Shown: piece after piece, positions 1-7,727 of the stretch | Layout of the letters: every line of letters begins with the position of its first letter | Numbering within the stretch: position 1 is the first letter of the stretch | Notes under the pieces: model-generated | The model's input: the letters and a program-made list of their open reading frames with translations, nothing else | The model's database searches: none | Told to the model about the DNA's origin: nothing | Position numbers and translations under genes: made by a program | Assembly (NCBI GenBank): GCA_964474085.1 | Contig: CAYYRJ010000015.1 | Location: 1 to 60,353 of the forward strand | DNA: 60,353 nucleotides | Origin: an uncultured Planctomycetales bacterium | GTDB lineage: Bacteria; Omnitrophota; Gorgyraeia; Zapsychrales; JANLHA01 | Direction of reading: 5' to 3'

Positions 1-16
1 AGGTTTTGCCGAAGTG
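1..16 (+). repeat. Partial duplicate of the tRNA-Leu 5' junction (AGGTTTTGCCGAAGTG, identical to 65-80)
   Basis: 16/16 nt identity to the 7 nt upstream plus the first 9 nt of the tRNA at 72-153. The sequence that follows (17-64) does not fold as a tRNA. Confidence 0.6.
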
Positions 17-71
17 CGACTTCCCTAGGAGTACTGAGGCAAAACACATACATTTTGTTCTTTCAGGTTTT

Positions 72-153
72 GCCGAAGTGGTGAAATTGGGATACACGCT
101 GCGTTCAGGGCGCAGTTCCGCAAGGATTGGGGGTTCGACTCCCCCCTTCGGCA
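72..153 (+). tRNA. tRNA-Leu (anticodon CAG)
   Basis: Cloverleaf read by eye: acceptor GCCGAAG/CTTCGGC plus discriminator A, anticodon stem CTGCG/CGCAG with loop TTCAGGG, long variable arm, T-arm GGGGG-TTCGACT-CCCCC. CCA is not encoded. Confidence 0.9.
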
Positions 154-170
154 TTAAATTTCCTAATTCC

Positions 171-248
171 TACCAAATAATCCTCCAGAGAAATTTAATG
201 CCAGTACTGCTTTCCTCAAGTTTTTCTCCAGCAAAAGCACGTACGGCA
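171..248 (+). repeat. Copy A of a ~78-nt imperfect direct repeat downstream of the tRNA
   Basis: Aligns by eye at roughly 75% identity with 349-424 (shared blocks ..CCAAA..TCC.C.A.AGAAAT...GCCAGTAC.GCTTTCCT.AA..TTT.TCC..CAAAA.CACG..GCA). Confidence 0.6.
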
Positions 249-348
249 CAACCTATCAACCTTAAGAAAATTGGTGCCGATGCCGATTTCCAAATCTTAA
301 TCTAGAAAAATCAGCGCGGCATGCATCAATCTAAAACTGTCCCCATAA

Positions 349-424
349 ATCCAAACAACATCCCTCAAAGAAATCCAGCGCCAGTACAGCTTTCCTTAAA
401 CTTTTATCCCCCAAAAACACGGCA
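349..424 (+). repeat. Copy B of the ~78-nt imperfect direct repeat
   Basis: See copy A. The two copies are about 180 nt apart, start to start. Confidence 0.6.
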
Positions 425-475
425 TTTGACAGTTCTTTGGGCTTATGATATTTTTTAACAAAAGGAGATTATTAC

Positions 476-688
476 ATGACAGCCAAAAGCATCGAACGCA
501 GTGCTGTAAAACTTCCCCCTATCAAACGTCTGCGCTTGATCGAAAGCCTGATCGAAAGTCTGAATAAACCAGACCCCACTATTGAACGCGCTTGGGCCGC
601 AGAATCCGATAAACGCCTTACGGCCTATAAAAAGGGCTCACTTAAAGCCGTTTCTCTTGACAGCGTAAAAAGACGTTTTAGTAAATGA
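476..688 (+). CDS. Putative addiction-module antitoxin component (small helical antitoxin that partners RelE/ParE-type toxins)
   Basis: 70 aa. The pattern L..I..L.ESL...D......W..E...R...Y..G is typical of the 'putative addiction module component' family. An AGGAG Shine-Dalgarno sequence lies 7 nt upstream. The stop overlaps the next ATG (ATGA). Confidence 0.7.
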   Translation: MTAKSIERSAVKLPPIKRLRLIESLIESLNKPDPTIERAWAAESDKRLTAYKKGSLKAVSLDSVKRRFSK

Positions 689-770
689 AGATTATTTTTT
701 TATTGATGACGTGATTGTTATCTCTTCCATCGCCCATCAGCACCGGCATCCCAATTCTTACCTAAACTAA
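685..770 (+). pseudogene. Decayed RelE/ParE-family toxin remnant
   Basis: An ATG coupled to the antitoxin stop opens only a 9-codon frame. A second frame (705-770) reads DDVIVISSIAHQHRHPNSYLN*, matching the conserved C-terminus of RelE/ParE toxins. The N-terminal ~60 codons are missing. Confidence 0.6.
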
Positions 771-830
771 TGCTCTTACAGAATAAACTGCGATTTTATA
801 AACGAAAAATCACCATAATCCCGTGAACAA

Positions 831-1367
831 TCACCGAATTTTTTGATTCAGCAAGACCCCAATCTTATCCAAAGAGTCAGGAAAATAGATCACAATAGCA
901 ACCAAAGCCACAGAAGCTATAACCATACTTATAAAAAACAGCAGGAACATTCTTTTCCCTTCATTATTGGTAACAGCATAGCAATCCCGACAATAATATC
1001 CACTGTCAATGCCACGCACCACAAAAAATAGTTTTCCCACTTTTTTACATTTCAAACATTCGCCCGTAATTTTTTCGGTATCGTCTTTTTTAATCAATCG
1101 TATAAAAACTACTAACAAGAGGAACGCAATTATAATATACGGATTCGCTGTCAGTTCTTTCTTATATATGTCCTTTAAAAAATACAACAAAACAACAACT
1201 GCGGCAACGATGACAAAAGCAATTGGGTTTAATTTTTTATCCTTGATTCCATTTCTCCATATACCTGATTGCCTCTTAATTAAATCTGACTTTTTGAGAA
1301 CAAAAAGAATAACGCACACGATAACAATCGCAAAAATCAGAAATTTCACTAAAAGGAATTCATTCAT
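831..1367 (-). CDS. Hypothetical polytopic membrane protein with a cytoplasmic CxxC...CxxC zinc-ribbon
   Basis: 178 aa with several hydrophobic segments, and the motif CLKCKKVGKLFFVVRGIDSGYYCRDC between them. Last gene of a 4-gene minus-strand operon. Visibly AT-rich. Confidence 0.65.
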   Translation of the reverse strand: MNEFLLVKFLIFAIVIVCVILFVLKKSDLIKRQSGIWRNGIKDKKLNPIAFVIVAAVVVLLYFLKDIYKKELTANPYIIIAFLLLVVFIRLIKKDDTEKITGECLKCKKVGKLFFVVRGIDSGYYCRDCYAVTNNEGKRMFLLFFISMVIASVALVAIVIYFPDSLDKIGVLLNQKIR

Positions 1368-1374
1368 ATAAAGC

Positions 1375-1467
1375 CTAGTCCTTTTTCAAATTTTTCAATA
1401 CAAAAATAACAACCAAAATCATGACTACTGTAAGAACAACCACCTTCACAAGAACTAAATTACTCAT
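1375..1467 (-). CDS. 30-aa single-pass membrane microprotein (MSNLVLVKVVVLTVVMILVVIFVLKNLKKD)
   Basis: Not in the ORF track because it is under 60 aa. A strong GGAGGG Shine-Dalgarno sequence lies 7-8 nt upstream of the ATG and overlaps the stop of the upstream Arc-like gene. The ORF fits exactly between neighbouring genes. Confidence 0.5.
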   Translation of the reverse strand: MSNLVLVKVVVLTVVMILVVIFVLKNLKKD

Positions 1468-1470
1468 ATT

Positions 1471-1644
1471 TTATCCCTCCTGCTCTTTATTGTCCTTCGG
1501 CGCTCTGCCTTCTTTTTTAAGAGCTTGTGCTAAAATATACTCAATCTGGGCATTGACGCTTCTAAAATTATCGGCTGCCCACTTTTCCAAAACCTCGAAG
1601 ACAGGCTCATCAATCCTTAAAAGGAATTTCTTTTTTTCACTCAT
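1471..1644 (-). CDS. Arc/MetJ-type ribbon-helix-helix DNA-binding protein (57 aa)
   Basis: Not in the ORF track. The translation MSEKKKFLLRIDEPVFEVLEKWAADNFRSVNAQIEYILAQALKKEGR.. fits the Arc-like pattern (beta-strand FLLRI, then two helices with SVNAQIEYIL). A GAGGG Shine-Dalgarno sequence lies 8 nt upstream. Confidence 0.65.
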   Translation of the reverse strand: MSEKKKFLLRIDEPVFEVLEKWAADNFRSVNAQIEYILAQALKKEGRAPKDNKEQEG

Positions 1645-1669
1645 AGAACAACCCTCAAAAAATTATTGC

Positions 1670-2533
1670 TTACGAATACAAAGTCCCCGTATTCAAAACG
1701 GGTGTGACTTCATGTTCAGAAATCAGTGCGACCAAAAGATTATTGGTCATCTGCGCTTTCTTATCTGAATCTAAATCAAGCAATTTCTTCTCACTTAGCA
1801 GTTGAATGGCATGCTCAACCATCCCGACTGCCCCCTCGACAATTCTTGCCCGTGCCGCAATAATGGCATCTGCTTGTTGACGACGCAACATAACCTGAGC
1901 TATTTCTGGCGCATAAGCTAAATGACTGATCCGACTTTCTAAAACTTCAATCCCTGAGATCTCCAAACGAGCTTGAACTTCTTTACGCAGCTTCTCTGAA
2001 ACCTCTGCCTGATTGCCTCTCAAAGATTCTTTTTTTTCTTCTGTGGAATCATAAGAATATTGCGAAGCTAAGGCCCGAATGGCTGTCTCACATTGAATCT
2101 TTACAAACTCCTGATAATCCTCAACGTCAAAAAGGGCTTTGGCGCTATCAATAACTCTCCAAACAACAACAGCGGCAATTTCGATGGGACTACCCTTTAA
2201 GTCATTGACTTTCAGCGTTTCACTATTTAAGTTATGAATCCGCAATGAAACGCTTTTTCTTAAAGTCAACGGGTTTACCCACCATAATCCTGAGGCATTG
2301 ACAGTCCCGACATAATTACCAAAAAAAACAAGCACTTTTGCCTCATTCGGCTGCACAACAATAAGCCCTCCAACAATGCCTAAAAAAACCACCATAGAGA
2401 AAATTAGGAATAGTGGATTAACATCCCTGTAAACTATACCTCCTATAAAAAAGAGACATCCAACTAACAACAAAATACCTATCATTATATAACCACTTAT
2501 TTTCCAAGCCTTTCCCTCTTGAATCTTTTCCAT
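1670..2533 (-). CDS. SPFH/band-7 domain membrane protein
   Basis: Two N-terminal TM helices followed by a band-7-like core and a coiled-coil-like region ([25 protein letters not shown]). I chose the start at MEKIQEG because of the AGGAGAA Shine-Dalgarno sequence; the track ORF extends to 2602. Confidence 0.8.
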   Translation of the reverse strand: MEKIQEGKAWKISGYIMIGILLLVGCLFFIGGIVYRDVNPLFLIFSMVVFLGIVGGLIVVQPNEAKVLVFFGNYVGTVNASGLWWVNPLTLRKSVSLRIHNLNSETLKVNDLKGSPIEIAAVVVWRVIDSAKALFDVEDYQEFVKIQCETAIRALASQYSYDSTEEKKESLRGNQAEVSEKLRKEVQARLEISGIEVLESRISHLAYAPEIAQVMLRRQQADAIIAARARIVEGAVGMVEHAIQLLSEKKLLDLDSDKKAQMTNNLLVALISEHEVTPVLNTGTLYS

Positions 2534-2690
2534 ATCCGTTCTCCTTTTTTGAATTTTATAATATATTGATTTAAAGCTTAAAGAGCGTTCGTTAATATTC
2601 AAATGATATCATAACAATATCGCACTGTCAAGGGCGGCATCTGAGGATCAACAGACATCCAACAACTCTTAACACGCGTGCGATACCAAA

Positions 2691-2717
2691 GTAAAATTTT
2701 CTCTGTAAAATTTTCTC
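2691..2717 (+). promoter_or_regulatory. Tandem direct repeat GTAAAATTTTCTC x2 (2691-2703, 2705-2717) abutting the pdh -35
   Basis: Two identical 13-mers with a 14-nt period, immediately upstream of the candidate promoter. Possible regulator binding site. Confidence 0.3.
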
Positions 2718-2718
2718 C

Positions 2719-2747
2719 TTGCCTATAAAAACAATCCATACTAGAAT
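2719..2747 (+). promoter_or_regulatory. Candidate sigma70-type promoter of the pdh operon (TTGCCT-17 nt-TAGAAT)
   Basis: Hexamers read directly from the sequence, with 17-nt spacing, about 60 nt upstream of the aceE ATG. Confidence 0.4.
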
Positions 2748-2806
2748 AACGTCTTCTTTAAGTAAAACTACTTACAAGTCTGGCCCATTCAAAAGGAAAT
2801 AGATTT

Positions 2807-5482
2807 ATGCCCAACAGTGCTCAAAAAAATACCGCAGTCGAGGAAATCGAGATACAAGAATGGCTTACGTCGCTGGAATATGTCCTTAAACACGGCTCTA
2901 AAGAGCAGGCGCAACGGATTTTGCAGCAGCTGCAGATTAAGGCCCAAGAAGCTGGCGTCACCCTCCCTTTTGCTGTTAACACACCCTATGTCAATACGAT
3001 AACCCCTGAAAAACAACCGCCCTATCCGGGCAATCGCGAAATCGAACGGCGCATCAAAAGTTTGATCCGCTGGAACGCGATGGCCATGGTCATACGCGGC
3101 AATCAGGCCGAAAACGGCATCGGTGGGCATATTTCAACTTTTGCCTCGTCGGCTACTTTGCTCGAGGTTGGATTTAACCATTTCTTTCGTGGCCAGACCA
3201 AAGATTTTTGCGGCGACTTTGTTTACTTCCAAGGCCACGGTTCGCCGGGCGTTTATAGCCGCGCTTTCGTCGAAGGCCGTTTGACCGAAGAGCATCTGAT
3301 TAATTTCCGACGCGAACTGGCAACAGGCGGCGGACTTTCGTCTTATCCGCATCCATGGCTTATGCCGAATTTCTGGCAATTTCCGACCGTCTCGATGGGT
3401 CTGGGACCTATCATGTCAATTTATCACGCCCGCTTTAACCGCTATCTTGAAGACCGTGGGCTTAAAGCCAAAGACGATCACAAAATTTGGGTTTTTATCG
3501 GCGACGGCGAATGCGACGAACCGGAAACCTTAGGCGCCATCACCATGGCTTCGCGCGAAAAGCTGGACAATCTTATTTTTGTTATCAACTGCAATCTTCA
3601 GCGCTTAGACGGTCCGGTGCGGGGCAACGGCAAAATGATTCAAGAGCTTGAAGCGATTTTTCGCGGTGCACAATGGAACGTGATTAAGGTCATCTGGGGC
3701 AACGATTGGGACCCGCTTTTAAACAAAGATACCGAAGGCCTTTTAGTCAAACGTATGGGCGAAGTTGTCGACGGACAATACCAAAAATATTCGGTTGAAA
3801 GCGGTGAATATATCCGCAAAGATTTTTTTGGCAAAAACCCAAAACTTTTGGATATGGTCAAGCCGCTGTCGGACGAAACCCTGCGCAAAATGAAACGCGG
3901 CGGGCACGATCCCGAAAAAGTCTATGCCGCCTACAAGGCTGCTGTGGATTTTAAAGGAGCCCCGAGTGTTGTCATCGCCAAAACAATCAAAGGCTACGGT
4001 TTAGGCGAAAGCGGTGAGGGCAAAAACATTTCACATCAGCAAAAGAAACTCAACGAAGATGAGCTCAAAGAATTTCGTTCGCGCTTTAATATCCAGATTT
4101 CGGATGAAGATGTCGCTAAAACGCCATTCTTTCGCCCGCCGGAAGATTCGCAAGAGATGAAATATTTGCGTGAACGCCGTCAGGCTTTAGGCGGGAATGT
4201 TCCTTCCCGACGGGCAACCAACACCGCTTTACAAACGCCCTCTGAAGAACTCTTTGAAGAATTTTATAAAGGCACCGAAGGCCGCGAAGTTTCAACGACG
4301 ATGGCCTATGTGCGGATTTTGACCAAACTTTTAAAAGATGAATCTTTAGGCAAACTGATTGTCCCCATTATTCCCGACGAAGCGCGCACGTTTGGAATGG
4401 AAGCGCTGTTTCGCCAATGCGGGATCTATTCGCACGTCGGCCAACTGTATGAACCGGTAGACAAAGACAGCTTGCTTTACTACAAGGAAGCGACAGACGG
4501 ACAAATCCTCGAAGAAGGCATTAACGAAGCCGGCGCCGTTTCCTCTTTCATCGCCGCCGGGACCGCTTACTCAACACAGGGAATAAACACCATTCCTTTC
4601 TATACGTATTACTCGATGTTTGGACCGCAACGCATTGGGGACTTAATCTGGGCAGCCGCCGACATGCGTTGCCGCGGATTTCTCGTGGGGGCCACTTCCG
4701 GTCGTACGACGTTAAACGGCGAAGGCTTGCAACATCAAGACGGGCACAGTCCGCTTATCCTTTCTTCGGTTCCGACGTGTTTGGCGTATGACCCGGCTTT
4801 TGCGTATGAATTAGCGGTTATTATTCGTCACGGGATTTATCGGATGTACGAAAAGCAGGACAGCGTTTTTTATTATCTTTCGATCGGCAATGAAAACTAT
4901 TCGATGCCGCCTATGCCCGCCGGCGTTAAAGACGGCATCATTAAGGGCATGTATAAATTTAAAGCGACGGCCAAAAAGGGAGCGACTTTACGCGCCCAGC
5001 TCTTTGGCAGCGGGGCGATCATGAACCAAGTCTTAGACGCCCAAAAGATCCTCGAAGAAAAATACAATGTCGGCACCGACGTTTGGAGCGTGACTAGCTA
5101 TAACGAAATCCGCCGCGAAGCGCTCGAAGCCGAACGATGGAATACGCTTCATCCTTTAGAAACGCCGAAAGTGCCCTACGTGACTAGTTTACTCGAAAAA
5201 GAAGACGGTGTTTTTGTCGCCGCCTCTGATTATATGAAAGCAATGCCCGACTCGGTCAGCCGCTGGTTTCCACGCAAGCTTGTTTCGCTTGGCACCGACG
5301 GATTTGGACGCAGCGAAAGCCGGCGTGCCTTGCGCGACTTTTTTGAAGTCGACAGCCGCCATATTGTTTATGCGACTTTAGGCAGTTTGTATAAAGAAAA
5401 AAAGATTGGCGCCGACGTCCTTAAAGCCGCGGCCAAAGACTTGAGCATCAATCCGGATAAACTCAATCCGATGATCAGCTGA
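2807..5482 (+). CDS. aceE: Pyruvate dehydrogenase E1 component, homodimeric (AceE) type
   Basis: 891 aa, which is the AceE-type length. Thiamine-diphosphate motif region (GDGECDEPE..NCNLQRLDG) and an AceE-like N-terminus. Confidence 0.93.
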   Translation: MPNSAQKNTAVEEIEIQEWLTSLEYVLKHGSKEQAQRILQQLQIKAQEAGVTLPFAVNTPYVNTITPEKQPPYPGNREIERRIKSLIRWNAMAMVIRGNQAENGIGGHISTFASSATLLEVGFNHFFRGQTKDFCGDFVYFQGHGSPGVYSRAFVEGRLTEEHLINFRRELATGGGLSSYPHPWLMPNFWQFPTVSMGLGPIMSIYHARFNRYLEDRGLKAKDDHKIWVFIGDGECDEPETLGAITMASREKLDNLIFVINCNLQRLDGPVRGNGKMIQELEAIFRGAQWNVIKVIWGNDWDPLLNKDTEGLLVKRMGEVVDGQYQKYSVESGEYIRKDFFGKNPKLLDMVKPLSDETLRKMKRGGHDPEKVYAAYKAAVDFKGAPSVVIAKTIKGYGLGESGEGKNISHQQKKLNEDELKEFRSRFNIQISDEDVAKTPFFRPPEDSQEMKYLRERRQALGGNVPSRRATNTALQTPSEELFEEFYKGTEGREVSTTMAYVRILTKLLKDESLGKLIVPIIPDEARTFGMEALFRQCGIYSHVGQLYEPVDKDSLLYYKEATDGQILEEGINEAGAVSSFIAAGTAYSTQGINTIPFYTYYSMFGPQRIGDLIWAAADMRCRGFLVGATSGRTTLNGEGLQHQDGHSPLILSSVPTCLAYDPAFAYELAVIIRHGIYRMYEKQDSVFYYLSIGNENYSMPPMPAGVKDGIIKGMYKFKATAKKGATLRAQLFGSGAIMNQVLDAQKILEEKYNVGTDVWSVTSYNEIRREALEAERWNTLHPLETPKVPYVTSLLEKEDGVFVAASDYMKAMPDSVSRWFPRKLVSLGTDGFGRSESRRALRDFFEVDSRHIVYATLGSLYKEKKIGADVLKAAAKDLSINPDKLNPMIS

Positions 5483-5488
5483 TTTTCT

Positions 5489-5524
5489 GTAGGGAACGGT
5501 TTCAAACCGTTCCCTACCATAAAA
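5489..5524. repeat. 36-nt hairpin repeat GTAGGGAACGGTTTCAAACCGTTCCCTACCATAAAA, copy 1
   Basis: 14-bp perfect stem (GTAGGGAACGGTTT/AAACCGTTCCCTAC). Identical 36-mer at 6227-6262. Sits just after the aceE stop. Confidence 0.9.
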
Positions 5525-5529
5525 TAAAA

Positions 5530-6207
5530 ATGAATTCTAGCCGAGGGTTCACTATGTTAAAGAAATGCTGGGGCATTGTGTTGTGGGGACTAGTATTTTT
5601 ATTTTTGGGAATTCAAATATTTAGTTTACAAGTTTACTATGCACGAGGTGTTGATGGACGAGAGAAATCCTTTAGTAGTGAGATCCCACAATATTTTGCA
5701 AAACTGGAGTTAATTAAAAAAAACACTGCAAATATAGACGTTCAAAAACAGTTTCCCCAGCTTGAAAACGAATGCTCTACACGTTTAATTACTTTTCAAA
5801 ATTTATTACGCAAAGCGCATGTCTTTAAGTTTTACTTTCCCATCGTGGGAATTATCTGCATACTGGCAGGGCTAGGCTTAATTTTGCGCATCGAAATTGC
5901 TCGCAAAATAGCTGGAATCCTCCCAGTAATATTAACTGCAGGATCTCTTCTTACTATCAATATCGCACTAGATCTAAATCGCGATGGAGGACGCTTAGGT
6001 AAAATTGATAGCGCTATCAATTGTTACCTTAAAAATGAAGCTTCTGTACCGGCATGCGGCACATACCTTAACGATGAAGATTTTAAAATTCATGATTCTA
6101 AAACTTATTTAGAAGCATCTTTGCCAATTGCAGTTGCTGGAATTTTATTTTCTGGAATTGCCATCTGGTATTTTTCACGCAAAAAGATTAAGGAACAGTT
6201 TAGATAA
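5530..6207 (+). CDS. Hypothetical 4-TM membrane protein inserted between aceE and aceF
   Basis: 225 aa and AT-rich. N-terminal TM helix, a ~70-aa polar segment, two central TM helices and a C-terminal TM helix ending WYFSRKKIKEQFR. Same architecture and C-terminal motif as ORF 49025-49708. Confidence 0.65.
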   Translation: MNSSRGFTMLKKCWGIVLWGLVFLFLGIQIFSLQVYYARGVDGREKSFSSEIPQYFAKLELIKKNTANIDVQKQFPQLENECSTRLITFQNLLRKAHVFKFYFPIVGIICILAGLGLILRIEIARKIAGILPVILTAGSLLTINIALDLNRDGGRLGKIDSAINCYLKNEASVPACGTYLNDEDFKIHDSKTYLEASLPIAVAGILFSGIAIWYFSRKKIKEQFR

Positions 6208-6226
6208 AAATATTAATAGAACCTCC

Positions 6227-6262
6227 GTAGGGAACGGTTTCAAACCGTTCCCTACCATAAAA
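6227..6262. repeat. 36-nt hairpin repeat, copy 2
   Basis: Identical to 5489-5524. Sits just after the stop of the inserted membrane gene. Confidence 0.9.
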
Positions 6263-6279
6263 CAACAAAGGATTTTTTT

Positions 6280-7569
6280 ATGCTGACTGAATTTAAAATC
6301 CCGGAAGTCGGGGAAAACATCACCTCCGGCACGGCGGTGCGGATCAATGTTACCGTCGGACAAACGGTCAAAAAAGACCAGCCGCTGTTAGAACTTGAAA
6401 CCGACAAAGCCACCATTGAAGTCCCTTCTTCGGTCGCCGGTGTTATTAAAGAAATCCTCATCAAGGAAGGGACCAAGGTCAAAGTCGGTGAAATTGTTAT
6501 GCGCATTGAATCCGGCGCAAGCGCAGTATCAACGACCCCTGCAGCCCCGGCAGTTTCACCAAGCGTTCAGACGAGTATTTCTGCCCCTGCTACTGTTTCT
6601 CAACCGGCAGAAAAAACGATTGCAGCGCCCCAACCGCCAGTAGCCTCGGTCCAAACGGCCGCTGTGAGTGTTGATGTCCCCGCCGCGCCTTCCGTGCGTC
6701 GGCTTGCCCGTGAATTAGGCGTCAATGTCGCCGAAGTCTCCGGGAGCGGTCCGGGCGGGCGCATTTCCAAAGAAGACGTCAAAGCGCATGCGAAACGTTT
6801 GATTACCGCAGGCCCCACGACGGGCGGCACAAGCGCAACCGTAAATATTGCGCTTCCCGACTTTAGCAAATACGGAATCGTCGAACGAAAACCGATGAAC
6901 AATATCCGCCGAAAAACCGCGGAACATCTTTCCTTTGCGTGGAACACGATCCCGCACGTGACCCAATTTGACAAAGCAGACATTACCGAATTAGAAAAAT
7001 TACGCAAAAAGTTTTCCAAGCCGGACCGCAAACTTTCGATCACACCTTTCCTCATGAAAGTCACCGCCGCCGCACTTAAACTTTTTCCGCAGTTTAACAG
7101 CAGTGTGGACATGGCAACGGGCGAAATCATTTACAAAAATTATTTTAATATCGGCGTTGCCGTCGATACGCCTAATGGGCTTTTGGTGCCGGTCATCCGC
7201 GATGTGGACCAAAAAACAATCCTGCAGCTTTCGGCGGAATTAACCCAAATCGCTGAGCGTGCACGTGAGAAGAAAATTACTATCGACGACATGCGTGGCG
7301 GGACGTTTACAATTTCTAACTTAGGCGGCATTGGCGGGACGGGATTTACACCGATTGTCAATTGGCCGGAAGTCGCGATTTTGGGCGTTGCCCGCGGGCG
7401 GATGGAACCTAATTATGACAAAACCAACCATTGCATGCCGGCCTTAATGTTGCCTTTGTCGCTTTCCTACGATCATCGGGTTATCGATGGAGCAGATGGC
7501 GCTAGATTTTTGCGCTGGATCGCTGAAGCGATTGAACAGCCGTTTTTGATGGAGTTGGACGGAAAATAA
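6280..7569 (+). CDS. aceF: Dihydrolipoamide acetyltransferase (E2) of the pyruvate dehydrogenase complex
   Basis: Single lipoyl domain (LELETDKATIEVPS), Ala/Pro linker, E3-binding domain (PSVRRLARELGVNV..GSGPGGRISKEDV) and catalytic motif SLSYDHRVIDGA. Confidence 0.92.
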   Translation: MLTEFKIPEVGENITSGTAVRINVTVGQTVKKDQPLLELETDKATIEVPSSVAGVIKEILIKEGTKVKVGEIVMRIESGASAVSTTPAAPAVSPSVQTSISAPATVSQPAEKTIAAPQPPVASVQTAAVSVDVPAAPSVRRLARELGVNVAEVSGSGPGGRISKEDVKAHAKRLITAGPTTGGTSATVNIALPDFSKYGIVERKPMNNIRRKTAEHLSFAWNTIPHVTQFDKADITELEKLRKKFSKPDRKLSITPFLMKVTAAALKLFPQFNSSVDMATGEIIYKNYFNIGVAVDTPNGLLVPVIRDVDQKTILQLSAELTQIAERAREKKITIDDMRGGTFTISNLGGIGGTGFTPIVNWPEVAILGVARGRMEPNYDKTNHCMPALMLPLSLSYDHRVIDGADGARFLRWIAEAIEQPFLMELDGK

Positions 7570-7587
7570 ATTATCACTATTGTATAA

Positions 7588-7680
7588 TTCTAGCCGATGA
7601 GGGAAGTTCTTTTTACGGCGAATAGCGCCATAGAGGCGCAAAACAAATGAGCCTAAAAAGGACTTCCCGATTCGGCAGAA
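7588..7680 (+). repeat. E-family structured palindromic element, short form (E1)
   Basis: TTCTAGCCGATGAGGGAAGTTCTTTTTACGGCGAAT-AGCGCC-ATAGA-GGCGC-AAAACAAA-TGAGCCTAAAAAGGACTTCCCGATTCGGCAGAA. Nested complementary arms and the shared GGCGAAT...TGAGCC core. Lies between aceF and lpd. Confidence 0.75.
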
Positions 7681-7727
7681 CCAATGTATTCACAAGTTAA
7701 AAGCTCACAAAAAGAAAGAAATAACAC

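Noticed and set aside
6-305. 99-aa ORF in the supplied track
   Set aside because: It runs straight through the tRNA-Leu gene (72-153). It has no Shine-Dalgarno sequence and a low-complexity translation, so it is spurious.
1421-1768. 115-aa plus-strand ORF
   Set aside because: It is antisense to the better-supported Arc-like gene and the SPFH 3' end. It has no RBS and an odd composition.
5489-6262. Integron-like gene cassette (ORF plus attC-like palindrome)
   Set aside because: There is no integrase or attI nearby. The flanking hairpins are perfect identical repeats rather than attC-type imperfect sites with extrahelical bases. Similar hairpins follow ordinary genes. I reported it as a cassette-like insertion only.
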